Assembly (NCBI GenBank): GCA_965662845.1
Contig: CBFIJD010000010.1
Span: 6,506-70,505 of the forward strand
Direction: 5' to 3'
Length of the DNA stretch: 64,000 bases
Source: an uncultured bacterium
Lineage (GTDB): Bacteria > SAR324 > NAC60-12
The notes beneath the pieces were generated by a model. It had not been told where the DNA came from. It made no database searches and saw only the letters and a program-made list of their open reading frames with translations. The position numbers were made by a program, and so were the translations under genes. This document shows, piece by piece, positions 18,266 through 27,950 of this stretch (position 1 is the first letter of the stretch; the number at the start of each line of letters is the position of its first letter).

Positions 18266-18715
18266 TCAGCTCCCACCTCCCATCGGCGGCATAGAGTGAC
18301 GGTTGTACAGCTCACTCCATCGCGCGACGCGACGCGCCGCCTCCCCAATCGACTTCATAATGTCCTCAATCTGCAGGGGCTTCTCAAAATAATCGTGGGC
18401 CCCCCCTTTCATCGCCTGAATCACGTGTGGCAAGTTGCTGTGCCCAGTCATGATGTAGATCTGCATGAGCGAATTGAACTCTTTGATCTGCTGCATCAGC
18501 TCCAGACCATTCATCTCATCCATCATAATGTCCGTGATCACCACGTGAAAAAAACTACGCTGCAATGTGGAGAGCGCCTCTTCTGCGTTGCGCGCCGTGC
18601 TCACGTGATAGCCCAGTTTGGCGATGGTTTTTTGCAGCACTAACCGAATGTTCTCATCATCATCGACCACAAGAACATTCAGCTCCGATTTGTTTTTGCC
18701 AGTTGATTTGGTCAT
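18266..18715 (-). CDS. Response regulator (receiver domain only)
   Basis: VLVVDDD, ITDIMM, IMTGH, YFEKP. Confidence 0.92.
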   Translation of the reverse strand: MTKSTGKNKSELNVLVVDDDENIRLVLQKTIAKLGYHVSTARNAEEALSTLQRSFFHVVITDIMMDEMNGLELMQQIKEFNSLMQIYIMTGHSNLPHVIQAMKGGAHDYFEKPLQIEDIMKSIGEAARRVARWSELYNRHSMPPMGGGS

Positions 18716-18739
18716 GTGAGCCTCGTGAGAACAGTTCGC

Positions 18740-19573
18740 TCAAAGCGCGAGTTGTTGTAAGAAAGCGACACGATCAGGCGCTCGCATCACGGCGTTTCCA
18801 ATGAGGAAGGCATCAAAGGGGACGGCCGCGAGTCGTTCCGCATCCGCCCGCGACTCGATGCAACTCGCGCTAATCAGGCATTTGTTGGGCTGAGCTTTCC
18901 AGTCCCGTAGCGCCGGGTGTTCCTGCCACCAGCGCAGACTGTTTTCGATAGAGCCTTGCAGATAACCTTGCTGTGGATCTTCGGGCAACGCGGCGATGGG
19001 TCGGTTGTTTAGCAAGAGCGCGTCTGGATTTACCGCCAGCGCTCGCGGCAGCTCTTCTTCTAAAGAGCACTCGACCAGCGCCGTCACCCCCACCGCGGCA
19101 CAACAGTCCACGATTTCTCGCAGAGTATCCTCGTCAAAGTAAGCGACTAAAATGAGCGCTGCGCTTGCGCCACGGAGCCGTCCTTCGCGCAGCTGATACT
19201 CTCCTACAATGAACTCTTTGTGAAGCCGTGGGAGCGCCGTTTGCTCCGACACAGCTTGCAAGACCTCCAAACTCCCGCCAAAGTATGTCTCGTCGGTCAG
19301 CACAGAGATCGCGGCAGCGCCGCCAGCCTCGTAGTCTTGAACCACCTGAACCCAGTCGGGATTTGCCACATTTTGCTGGGCGGGAGACCGAGCTTTCAAC
19401 TCCGCGATCAAAGCTGGACCAGAGGCTCTCTGCACACTCGCACACCAGTCTAACACTGGCGCAGCGTCCGCACATCGCTGACGAAGCTCCATCAGAGAGA
19501 TGACGCGTTGGCGCGCCTCAATCTCCTGGATTTTGCGCTGTCGCATGCGCTCTAAAAACGTGATTTTGCTCAT
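18740..19573 (-). CDS. trpC: Indole-3-glycerol phosphate synthase-like protein (atypical)
   Basis: IAELKARSP, AISVLTDETYFGGS, KEFI, NNR, FLIG; start reassigned to ATG 19573 (MSKITFLERM). Confidence 0.8.
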   Translation of the reverse strand: MSKITFLERMRQRKIQEIEARQRVISLMELRQRCADAAPVLDWCASVQRASGPALIAELKARSPAQQNVANPDWVQVVQDYEAGGAAAISVLTDETYFGGSLEVLQAVSEQTALPRLHKEFIVGEYQLREGRLRGASAALILVAYFDEDTLREIVDCCAAVGVTALVECSLEEELPRALAVNPDALLLNNRPIAALPEDPQQGYLQGSIENSLRWWQEHPALRDWKAQPNKCLISASCIESRADAERLAAVPFDAFLIGNAVMRAPDRVAFLQQLAL

Positions 19574-19846
19574 CTTCTGCCTAGGGGAAAGAATCCAATA
19601 GAGATCCCCCCAGATGCAGAGGACGTGCCTGTTCCGGCGCGAACTACCTCCCCAAGGCCAGCGCACCCATCCAACTTTCTCTGTCCTGAAATCCATATGC
19701 TGCCCGCTGCTTGCATCGAACGAAAATCTGGAAATTTCAATTAACTTGTATAACTTTAATCGTTTTACGTAACCCGTATTCCCGCGATCCTTGGAAGCAT
19801 CCGTGCCCGCAGAGGCTAGCAAAGAAACTCGGAAGGAAGAGGCTGT

Positions 19847-20422
19847 TTGATTACGATTTACAACTTCAAAGGAGGAGCAGGAAAGACTAGCTGCGCGATG
19901 AACTTGGCGCTAACCATGGACTATGGCGTAGTCACCAACGACATCTACTCTCCCATAGAGGAAGTGTTCGACAATGTGCTGAAGATTAGTCCCTCTGAAG
20001 AATTTCCCGAGTTTCCCCCAGAGGCAGAAGTCATTTTTGATTTGGGCGGGTATATTGAAGCTCGCAGCGTTCCGGTGCTACGGAATTCGCGTGTGATCAT
20101 TGTGCCAACCATCAACGAGTATTCGATCTTGCAGACAACGATCAACTCCGTTGCTGAGATTGAAGAATACAACAACAACATCTGTATCGTCGCAAATCGC
20201 ACGAAAAAGGGCGATTACCAGAAAATTAGCGAGGTGCTATCCAAGTTCTACCAATATCCGATTTTTGAAGTGAAAGAGAGCCAGTCGATCCCCGCAATCT
20301 TCATCAGAAAGAAGAGCATCAAGGCCATGGTCGCAGAAGGTGGGCTCCAAAAATACCATTTTCAATACCTAGATCGTCAGTTTGATCGAATCGTTGAGTT
20401 CATTCGGAGCCACTATGAGTAA
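19847..20422 (+). CDS. parA: Small ParA/Soj-family Walker ATPase
   Basis: Deviant Walker A NFKGGAGKTS, VIFDLGG, IIVPT, IVANR; TTG start. Confidence 0.85.
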   Translation: MITIYNFKGGAGKTSCAMNLALTMDYGVVTNDIYSPIEEVFDNVLKISPSEEFPEFPPEAEVIFDLGGYIEARSVPVLRNSRVIIVPTINEYSILQTTINSVAEIEEYNNNICIVANRTKKGDYQKISEVLSKFYQYPIFEVKESQSIPAIFIRKKSIKAMVAEGGLQKYHFQYLDRQFDRIVEFIRSHYE

Positions 20423-20657
20423 GATCAACCTCAAAGAATACAAGAAAGAAAATCGTGGGCTGCTCAAACAGTCTGTCGACGAACGGGTGACCTACAAAAA
20501 GTCTGGCCCCAAACCAAAACCAGAAGATGAGAAGAACTCCGCTAAAATTCTTGTCTCAATGAAACCCGCCGAGAGAGAGAGTCTCGAACAAGCCGCAAAC
20601 GGACGCCCGCTATCGCAATACATCAAACATGTGCTGCGGGAACACGGCGCCATCTAA
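20415..20657 (+). CDS. Small basic protein, probable ribbon-helix-helix ParA partner
   Basis: ATG overlaps the parA 3' end; K-rich flexible N-terminus followed by KILVSM-ERESLEQAA-PLSQYIKHVL (strand-helix-helix pattern). Confidence 0.65.
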   Translation: MSKINLKEYKKENRGLLKQSVDERVTYKKSGPKPKPEDEKNSAKILVSMKPAERESLEQAANGRPLSQYIKHVLREHGAI

Positions 20658-20773
20658 GACCAAGCCGCTGCCTCAGAAGCAGATATTTTTTTAGATTTTT
20701 TTCTTTTGTAAAAACAGAGGTTTAGCTAGAGAGAGCTAAATTTTCGCGAGAGAAATCAGTTTTACTGATCAAA

Positions 20774-20963
20774 GAGGCCCATACCTTGCAGCAAAGTAGG
20801 GTAAGTGGGTGGTGAGCCCAGGTCTCTGTAGAGGCGCTTCCGATTCGCCTGAAATAATGGGGGGCATTATTTCACGAAGTTTGAATCACCTATGGTGAGA
20901 GCACCCAGGTGATTCATCCATTTCTCACCTGGGCCCACGATCTACCCTAATGCAAGAAACCTC
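20774..20963. ncRNA. Candidate ~190-nt multi-stem structured element
   Basis: Nested closing stems plus two perfect 10-bp hairpins in an intergenic region. Confidence 0.5.
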
Positions 20964-21216
20964 CCTTTTCGTGCCATCCGCCTAGATTTTTCCTCATTTT
21001 CGCGCCCAAATCCGATCTTTTCGTCGTCTGTCACGGTTTCGCAACTGCAAACCTTCCCCATCCTTCGTCCATTTCTCTCCTGCTCTTTCGCTCCGTTAGG
21101 CACTTCGGCAACATTGACCGCCCGCAAATTTCATTTTCATCTTCTGCCATGTTCCCTTAGAATCGACAGCCTTTGTCATATTTTGCGTCTCTTCCTCCAA
21201 AATAACGGTCGCTACT

Positions 21217-23040
21217 ATGGTCACGGACAGTTCTTTTAGTATTGGTATTGATCTGGGCACTACCAACACAGCCCTTGCTTTTGTAGAACACACAAGCGCC
21301 CCCCAAGGGTGCGCTGTTTTGTCCATTCCCCAGTTGATCGATAGCACCCTCCTCGACAAACTTCCCACCTTGCCGTCGTTTCTGTATCAGGCTCCCAGCT
21401 CGGAACAAGATGAAATCTTAGGGAAACTACACTGGGAAACGGAAAATGCCTTCCTCGTTGGAACCGTCGCACGCCAACTTGGCGAGAAGACGCCCCAGCG
21501 TCTGATCTCCTCAGCTAAGTCTTGGTTGTGCCAAGCAGAGGGACAGCGACACCCAATTTTGCCACTCTACGCGCCTGAAGACGTCTCCAAAATTTCCGCA
21601 GTTGCCGCTTCTGCGGCTTACCTGCGTCACCTGCGTGAAGTCTGGGACGAAGCACACATTCATGAAAAGTTAGCCGACCAACAGATCACTCTCACCGTGC
21701 CCGCCTCCTTTGACGCTGTCGCGCGCGAACTCACGTTACAGGCCGCTCACGATGCCGGACTGCAACAAGTCACTCTCCTCGAAGAACCCATCTCCGCCTT
21801 TTATGCCTGGCTCGGAGAAAACGGCGAGCAGTGGCGCGAACAAGTCGACATCGGCGATTTGATTTTAGTGTGTGATATCGGTGGTGGGACGACGGACTTC
21901 AGCCTTATTTTGGTCGAACAGTCGGAGGGTTCACTCAGCCTGACACGTGTCGCTGTGGGAGAGCACATTCTGCTGGGTGGCGACAACATGGATCTCGCCT
22001 TGGCGCGCATGCTTCAGCTCAAGTTGGAGGCCGAAGGCAAGAAATTGCAGCAGTGGCAGTTTTTCGGACTTGCGCACAGCTGTCGTAAAGCAAAGGAACA
22101 GCTGCTCGGCGATGCGTCGCTAGCGCAAGTGAGCGTCGTCGTGCCCAGTCGGGGCAGCAAACTCGTCGGCAAGACGCTCTCCATTGACCTGACCAGAGAC
22201 GACCTAGAGATGACGCTACTAGACGGTTTTTTCAGCCCCAGCGAAATAACCGATCGCCCCACTGAGCCCTCTCAACGCACAGGCTTCCGCACGCTGGGGC
22301 TCAACTATGCCCAAGATTCTCGGATCCTGCGCCATCTCGCCAAGTTTCTGAGCGATAGCCGACAGCGTCTCGCGCCCGATTCCGTTTTGCGCGAGACTTT
22401 CTCCGCGCATGATTTCCTCGCGCCGAGCGCAATCCTCTTCAATGGAGGCTCCACCAAAGCGCCTGCGTTTCAAGAACGCATTGTGAGCGCATTGGATGGC
22501 TGGCTCACCGCACATGAGTTCCCCAAGCTCAAGCACTTACGCCTCAACGATCAGGATCTCGCGGTCGCTCAAGGGGCGGCTTATTACGGTAGTGTTCAGC
22601 GTGGCGAAGGGCTGCGCATTCGCAGCACGACCCCGTTTGCCTACTATGTGGGCATTGAGTCCACGATGCCCGCTATTCCAGGCATGCCCCCCTTCCTCAA
22701 CGGGCTGTGTGTCGCTCCTGCTGGCATGGAAGAAGGCTCGACCATTCACCTCCCCGAGGCAGAGCTGGGCTTGCTGATTGGAGAGACCGCCCAGTTTCGC
22801 TTTTTCATCAGCCGCGACCGTCAAGATGAGGCAGGAACTATTGTTGAAAACATTGAAGACGAGTTGGAAGAGCTCGCGAGTCTGGAAGTCTGCTTAGATC
22901 TGGAAGAGGGAGAGGAAGCGAGAGTGGTCCCGATTCAGTTGGAGGCTCGTCTCACGGAAGTTGGAGCGTTAGAAGTTTGGTGCACCGAGGCCTCTTCTTC
23001 GCGCCGCTGGAAGCTAGAATTTAACCTTCGTGAAGACTAA
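21217..23040 (+). CDS. Hsp70-family (DnaK-related) protein
   Basis: GIDLGTTN, TVPASFD, LLEEP, DIGGGTTD, LGGDNMD, LFNGG; lacks a canonical DnaK C-terminus. Confidence 0.9.
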   Translation: MVTDSSFSIGIDLGTTNTALAFVEHTSAPQGCAVLSIPQLIDSTLLDKLPTLPSFLYQAPSSEQDEILGKLHWETENAFLVGTVARQLGEKTPQRLISSAKSWLCQAEGQRHPILPLYAPEDVSKISAVAASAAYLRHLREVWDEAHIHEKLADQQITLTVPASFDAVARELTLQAAHDAGLQQVTLLEEPISAFYAWLGENGEQWREQVDIGDLILVCDIGGGTTDFSLILVEQSEGSLSLTRVAVGEHILLGGDNMDLALARMLQLKLEAEGKKLQQWQFFGLAHSCRKAKEQLLGDASLAQVSVVVPSRGSKLVGKTLSIDLTRDDLEMTLLDGFFSPSEITDRPTEPSQRTGFRTLGLNYAQDSRILRHLAKFLSDSRQRLAPDSVLRETFSAHDFLAPSAILFNGGSTKAPAFQERIVSALDGWLTAHEFPKLKHLRLNDQDLAVAQGAAYYGSVQRGEGLRIRSTTPFAYYVGIESTMPAIPGMPPFLNGLCVAPAGMEEGSTIHLPEAELGLLIGETAQFRFFISRDRQDEAGTIVENIEDELEELASLEVCLDLEEGEEARVVPIQLEARLTEVGALEVWCTEASSSRRWKLEFNLRED

Positions 23041-23406
23041 TCAGTCGATGAGCGGCTTCACGTGACGCAGCAGATCACGCAGTGAAAAGGGCTTGGTGAG
23101 CACAGAGTCTACTTTGAGTGACTCAAGCTTCTCTTGCAACGTCACCCCATCAAATCGTACCCCACCTGTGATGACGATGATTTTGGTCTCTGGAAACTCC
23201 GCGTTCAGGTCCATGATCACACTCGCCCCATCTTTGATTGGCATTAACAAGTCCGTGATCACCAAATCGGTTGGCTCTTCGCGGAACATCTGCATCCCAA
23301 TCTCGCCGTTTTCAGCGGTTCTCGTGTCATAGCCCATCGCCACCAAATAGGTTTTGAGGGATTCCAACATGTGCGGTTCGTCTTCAATGAGCAGGATGCG
23401 TTTCAT
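23041..23406 (-). CDS. Single-domain response regulator
   Basis: ILLIEDE, ITDLLMP, IVITG, LTKPF. Confidence 0.92.
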   Translation of the reverse strand: MKRILLIEDEPHMLESLKTYLVAMGYDTRTAENGEIGMQMFREEPTDLVITDLLMPIKDGASVIMDLNAEFPETKIIVITGGVRFDGVTLQEKLESLKVDSVLTKPFSLRDLLRHVKPLID

Positions 23407-24346
23407 GGTGCGACTCGGTGACTCGTTCTGTCAGGTCAATGGGTTGAATGCTGAGGAGACTTAGTAAATCGGCGCGGACTTTGATGAAGGCGAACTGTTG
23501 TAGCAATTCGCCTGCGAAACGCTTCTCTAGAAACTTACGCAGTGTGGCATACTCGGGCAAACGCAACAGGCGTTGGTAGGCATGCAAAAACTCGTCGCTG
23601 CGCTTCTCTGTGAACTGCTGAATCTCGTTCGTGCTAATGTCGCTAGGATTCTCAGAGAGCCCCGCGAAATGAAGTTGCACACGGTAACACAAGTCCTCGA
23701 CCAAATTCCAGTAGTTGCTGGGCAACTCTAAAAACGAGAATTCTTGCAGCAGTTTGGGTTGTAAATCGAGACATTTATCGAAAAAAAGCGCTGCGTTGAT
23801 TTGCCCTTGCCCACTGACCATCCGCCGCTGATCTCGGTTCAATTCCGCGAGCCCTTCCAGCTGCATCTGCAAAATCGGTAGCGTCTTCAGCCAAAACAGC
23901 AGCTGTCTCTCAGAGATTTGTTCCGCAGCGTGCGCTTTCAGCAGCAGCGCCTGCATGGTCTCTTCCGGCAGCTCCAACGCAAGACAGTGCGCGAACGTGA
24001 ACGGCCGCTTTGCTGCGCGCAATCCGGGGATCGCGGGGCGCTTCGCCCAAAAAGGCGCACGAGCCATCTCTAACAGACCGCCAAAGGGGACTTCTCGCCG
24101 CTGATACCAAAACTCGCACAGACGCTCCACCAGTTGGGCATCGTGCGCCAAGTTCATGTGCTTTCTCTTAGGACGATCGCGGATCGCCTCCAGCGAATGT
24201 ACGGGGAGAAGCAGCTTTTGGATGGGAGTCTCTGTTGCCATCTTTTGCATCTCTCTGCTGATGAACAAAGCCGAAGTCTGGGAATTGATTCCCAAACTTC
24301 TGGACTCTGCTATATTATTCTTTTGAGAAAAACGCTTTCGCTCCAT
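23384..24346 (-). CDS. Hypothetical protein
   Basis: 320-aa ORF with AGGA RBS, overlapping the response regulator start; start uncertain. Confidence 0.7.
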   Translation of the reverse strand: MERKRFSQKNNIAESRSLGINSQTSALFISREMQKMATETPIQKLLLPVHSLEAIRDRPKRKHMNLAHDAQLVERLCEFWYQRREVPFGGLLEMARAPFWAKRPAIPGLRAAKRPFTFAHCLALELPEETMQALLLKAHAAEQISERQLLFWLKTLPILQMQLEGLAELNRDQRRMVSGQGQINAALFFDKCLDLQPKLLQEFSFLELPSNYWNLVEDLCYRVQLHFAGLSENPSDISTNEIQQFTEKRSDEFLHAYQRLLRLPEYATLRKFLEKRFAGELLQQFAFIKVRADLLSLLSIQPIDLTERVTESHHETHPAH

Positions 24347-24455
24347 CGCAAATCCTGTCAGAGTTGCGACCCTCTCGGTAGAGGCATCTCACTGATTTGC
24401 CAGCAATTTTGCGCTTCAACCGAGTTTACTCCTTTTGTTCTGAAACAGAGCTACT

Positions 24456-25478
24456 ATGCCCACAAGTCAGCATCCGCCTTTTGTGGCGGCCTTGCGCAAG
24501 AAGGAGGCTTACACCGAGGCCGTCGGTAAGGTCCGCTTTCTGGAAACCCCCACCTCCTACCTCTTCAAAGCCGGCGAACACTATTACAAAGTGAAGAAGA
24601 CCGATCACGAATATTCCAATCTCGCGGTGAAACAAGCGTTCTGTCAAGAGGAAGCGAAGCTGCTCCGTCGTTGTAATGGTGAAGACCTTAACGCAGAAGT
24701 CGTGCCGATCAACGCACAAGCCGAGAGCTTCACCCTCGGCCTCGCTGGATCGCCAGTCGAATATGCCTTGAAGACGACTGCGCTCACAGAAAAGAACCTC
24801 GTCTCGCAGCTGCTCGCTCAGCAAAAGCTCTCTACGATGGCTGTGGGGCGCATCGCTCGCAAGCTGGCCCAATTTCACACCGAGGCCGCCACAGATGACA
24901 AGACCGCTCAAACGCAAGGGCGCCCCGAAGTGTTGCGCAATTTTAGCGAAGACATGCTCTATCAAATGAAGCGGCACTTCGACGAGTCTTTCACCCAGCC
25001 CATCCAAGACATGATCCGTCATCCGCTAGAAAGATTTCTCGATGAGCAGACCAAGCTGTTCCAGCGGCGCATCAAAAAGCATCGCATTCTCGAGTGTCAT
25101 GGCGCGCTGCTGCCCGAACACATTCATGTGAAAGGCACGACGGTTGTTTTGCTGAGTCCTCAAGAAGTGCAACGCAAACAAGTCGTGCTCGACGCGACCT
25201 ACGACGTAGCGACCTTCTCCATCGAGCTGCTGCGTCACAAGGCAGAAGAGCTGAACGACAGTTTTCTGGATCGCTATCTCCGCTCATCACGCGACCGCAC
25301 CGACATGCAGCAGCTGCTGCCGCTGTATCAAACCTTTGTCGCGCTACGACAAGGCGTGCACACCTGCGAAGAGCGCCTCGCCCTGAAGCGCTCTGAAGCA
25401 GAACATCAGGAGTTTCAGCAACGCGCAGTACAATACTTCAATTTAGCCGTTCGCTTCGCTCGACAGCTCCCTCACTAG
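24456..25478 (+). CDS. Aminoglycoside phosphotransferase/kinase-like protein with degenerate active site
   Basis: ETPTSYLF..GEHYYKVKK, FCQEE, VEYALK, IARKLAQFH, ILECHG match the N-terminal domain of the phosphotransferase/AAA fusion family. Confidence 0.75.
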   Translation: MPTSQHPPFVAALRKKEAYTEAVGKVRFLETPTSYLFKAGEHYYKVKKTDHEYSNLAVKQAFCQEEAKLLRRCNGEDLNAEVVPINAQAESFTLGLAGSPVEYALKTTALTEKNLVSQLLAQQKLSTMAVGRIARKLAQFHTEAATDDKTAQTQGRPEVLRNFSEDMLYQMKRHFDESFTQPIQDMIRHPLERFLDEQTKLFQRRIKKHRILECHGALLPEHIHVKGTTVVLLSPQEVQRKQVVLDATYDVATFSIELLRHKAEELNDSFLDRYLRSSRDRTDMQQLLPLYQTFVALRQGVHTCEERLALKRSEAEHQEFQQRAVQYFNLAVRFARQLPH

Positions 25479-25539
25479 TTCCCTCGCTGGCGTCGCTCGG
25501 CGCCTCCTCCCACAACACTTTGCCTGTTACATTTCGTTC

Positions 25540-26940
25540 ATGAGTCAGTTTGTTCAAAAATTTGGCGGCACTAGCCTAGGCACCGCAGAACGCATGCAAA
25601 GCGTCGCCTCGATCATTCGCAACTATCTCGAAGCACAACACCACATCATCGCGGTCGTCTCCGCCATGAGCAGCTACAACAAAGCCGAGGGCACAACGAG
25701 TCGTCTGCTTGAAGCCGGTCAACAAGCGCTCCGAGGCGGCCCTTACTATCGGCCGCTGGATCTCATCGAAGACAGCCACACCGAGGCTTTGAGCGCAGCG
25801 ATTCGCAACCCCGAAATTCAGGAACAAGTCCGCGAATATGTGCGCCGCGAGCTGCGCTCTCTGAAATCATTCCTCGAAGCCATTCATGTCATACGAGAGA
25901 TCTCGCCTCGCTCACAAGATCTGATCGTCGGCACAGGAGAGCGCCTCTCCGCTCGGTTGCTCACGGGAGTGTTGCAGGATCTGGGGGTGGACGCCGAATA
26001 TGTAGATTTGTCGTCTGCCATCGAAGAAGGCGATGACGTTCCAAACAACAAAAACTTCTTCCCTTTTTTGCAGCGCAAATTCCGCGACTGTCTGCCCGAA
26101 GAACAGAGCAAGACCGCCGTTGTGACTGGTTTTTTTGGTTTTGTACCAGGAGGGATCATCGCACGAGTGGGGAGAGGCTACACCGACTTGACCGCCGCGT
26201 TGATTGCGGCTGAGACGCGCGCCGATGAACTCCAAATCTGGAAAGAGGTGGACGGCATCTTCACGGCGGACCCGCGCAAAGTTGAGAACGCGCAAGTGTT
26301 GCCGGAGATCTCTCCTGCAGAAGCGGCTGAGCTCACTTACTTCGGATCTGAGGTGTTGCACCCCTTCACCATGGAGTGCGCGATCAAAGCACAGGTCTCG
26401 ATTCGGATCAAAAACACCTTTCATCCCGAAAAACCAGGCACCATCATCGTGCCGAATCAGCTGGTGGAAACTCGCCGAGAACGGAATCAAACGGCGGTTG
26501 CCGTCACGACCAAGAGCCACGTCAACGTGCTCAACATTCACTCGAACCGCATGCTCCACTCCACCGGGTTCATGTCGCAAGTGTTTGATCTGTTTCGTCA
26601 GCATGGCGTCGTCATCGATCTGATCTCGACCTCAGAGGTCAACATCTCCTGCACGATTGACAAACTGGATCAGGTGGAGTCCTTGATGAGCGACCTCGAA
26701 GAATTCGCCGAAGTCACGCTGATCAAAGATCGCGCGATTTTGAGTTTGGTCGGTGAAGGGATGCACTACGCGACCGGTACCGCCGGCAAGATGTTCAGCG
26801 AATTGGCCAAGCACAACATCAACCTTGAGATGATCACGCAGGGCGCCTCGGAGATCAACATCTCGTGTGTCATCAAACAAGAAGATGCCGTTTACGCGCT
26901 GCGCGTGATCCACCAAACGTTTTTGGAAAGCACCGCATGA
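25540..26940 (+). CDS. lysC: Aspartate kinase
   Basis: VQKFGGTS, VVSAM, GRGYTDLTA, DGIFTADPR, VLHP, two ACT domains. Confidence 0.95.
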   Translation: MSQFVQKFGGTSLGTAERMQSVASIIRNYLEAQHHIIAVVSAMSSYNKAEGTTSRLLEAGQQALRGGPYYRPLDLIEDSHTEALSAAIRNPEIQEQVREYVRRELRSLKSFLEAIHVIREISPRSQDLIVGTGERLSARLLTGVLQDLGVDAEYVDLSSAIEEGDDVPNNKNFFPFLQRKFRDCLPEEQSKTAVVTGFFGFVPGGIIARVGRGYTDLTAALIAAETRADELQIWKEVDGIFTADPRKVENAQVLPEISPAEAAELTYFGSEVLHPFTMECAIKAQVSIRIKNTFHPEKPGTIIVPNQLVETRRERNQTAVAVTTKSHVNVLNIHSNRMLHSTGFMSQVFDLFRQHGVVIDLISTSEVNISCTIDKLDQVESLMSDLEEFAEVTLIKDRAILSLVGEGMHYATGTAGKMFSELAKHNINLEMITQGASEINISCVIKQEDAVYALRVIHQTFLESTA

Positions 26941-27569
26941 AAGCCGCGCAGAGAGAGAGCTTCTTTCAGAAACTGAGCGAGGCCATCTCAGAACCCGTCA
27001 CAGAGCTACACTTCCGCAATGAGTTTGAGCTGCTCATCGCTGTGATCTTGAGTGCTCAGGCCACGGACGTTTCGGTAAACAAAGCGACTCCCGCTCTGTT
27101 TGCGAACTATCCTGATGCCGCAGCGTTAGGTCAAGCAGAGGACGTCGACGTGCTGGAACACATCAAAACGATCGGCTTAGCGAAAACCAAAGCCAAGAAC
27201 ATCGTGGCGACGGCAAAGATGCTCTGTGAAAAGCATGGCGGGGAGGTCCCTCAGACCCGAGAAGACCTTGAAGCGTTGCCAGGAGTAGGCCGCAAGACCG
27301 CGAATGTCGTCTTGAACACCGCGTTTGGACATCCCGTCATTGCGGTAGATACGCATGTGTTCCGAGTCTCAAACCGAACTGGCTTGGCCAGAGGCAAGAC
27401 GGTGCTTGAGGTCGAGCAGAAACTAGCTCGCAATGTTCCCAAAACATGGCGTGTTGACGCACATCATTATCTCATCTTGCACGGACGCTACACCTGCAAA
27501 GCGCGCACTCCTGCCTGCGCCCAGTGCGTAGTCCATCAAGAGTGTAGCTTCAGAGACAAGACAGGGTAG
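26937..27569 (+). CDS. nth: Endonuclease III
   Basis: LLIAVILSAQATD, HhH LPGVGRKTANVV, AVDTHV, C-x6-C-x2-C-x5-C; ATGA overlap with lysC. Confidence 0.96.
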   Translation: MKAAQRESFFQKLSEAISEPVTELHFRNEFELLIAVILSAQATDVSVNKATPALFANYPDAAALGQAEDVDVLEHIKTIGLAKTKAKNIVATAKMLCEKHGGEVPQTREDLEALPGVGRKTANVVLNTAFGHPVIAVDTHVFRVSNRTGLARGKTVLEVEQKLARNVPKTWRVDAHHYLILHGRYTCKARTPACAQCVVHQECSFRDKTG

Positions 27570-27571
27570 GT

Positions 27572-27925
27572 TCAGTCGCGGGAGGAGGTTTTGTCGGAGG
27601 GCGGAAGAAAGGCCGAGAACGGGCTGAAGTGTAGCAAAGCGTTCATTTGCTGGCGAAACTGCTGCTGCATCGCCTGTTGCATACGCCCCGCCGAGTCTTG
27701 GCTGAGCGTGCCTTCCATCTCTTCTGAGCGCATCGTGCCATTCTCGAAGGTCGTCTGCTTTGCCTTGATGTGCGTCTGGCCATTCGAGCTGCTGATTTCT
27801 CGATAGGAATACGAAAAGCTCACCATGGATCCAGAAGACGCGAGGCGTTCTAGCGAGGTGGTCGGGTGCAGGCTTGCGGTAGACTTGGCTAGTGGATCTT
27901 CACTTTTCTTAGGCAAATTGCTCAT
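27572..27925 (-). CDS. Hypothetical protein
   Basis: ORF from ATG 27925 (MSNLPKK...SFSYSYREISS..GQTHIK) with AAGG upstream. Confidence 0.6.
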   Translation of the reverse strand: MSNLPKKSEDPLAKSTASLHPTTSLERLASSGSMVSFSYSYREISSSNGQTHIKAKQTTFENGTMRSEEMEGTLSQDSAGRMQQAMQQQFRQQMNALLHFSPFSAFLPPSDKTSSRD

Positions 27926-27950
27926 AACAAACCTTGTTAAGTTGTGGTGT

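Noticed and set aside
19826..19845. CGGAAGGAAG resembling the SRP RNA core
   Set aside because: Lacks the upstream CAGG and flanking helix; better explained as the purine-rich RBS region of parA
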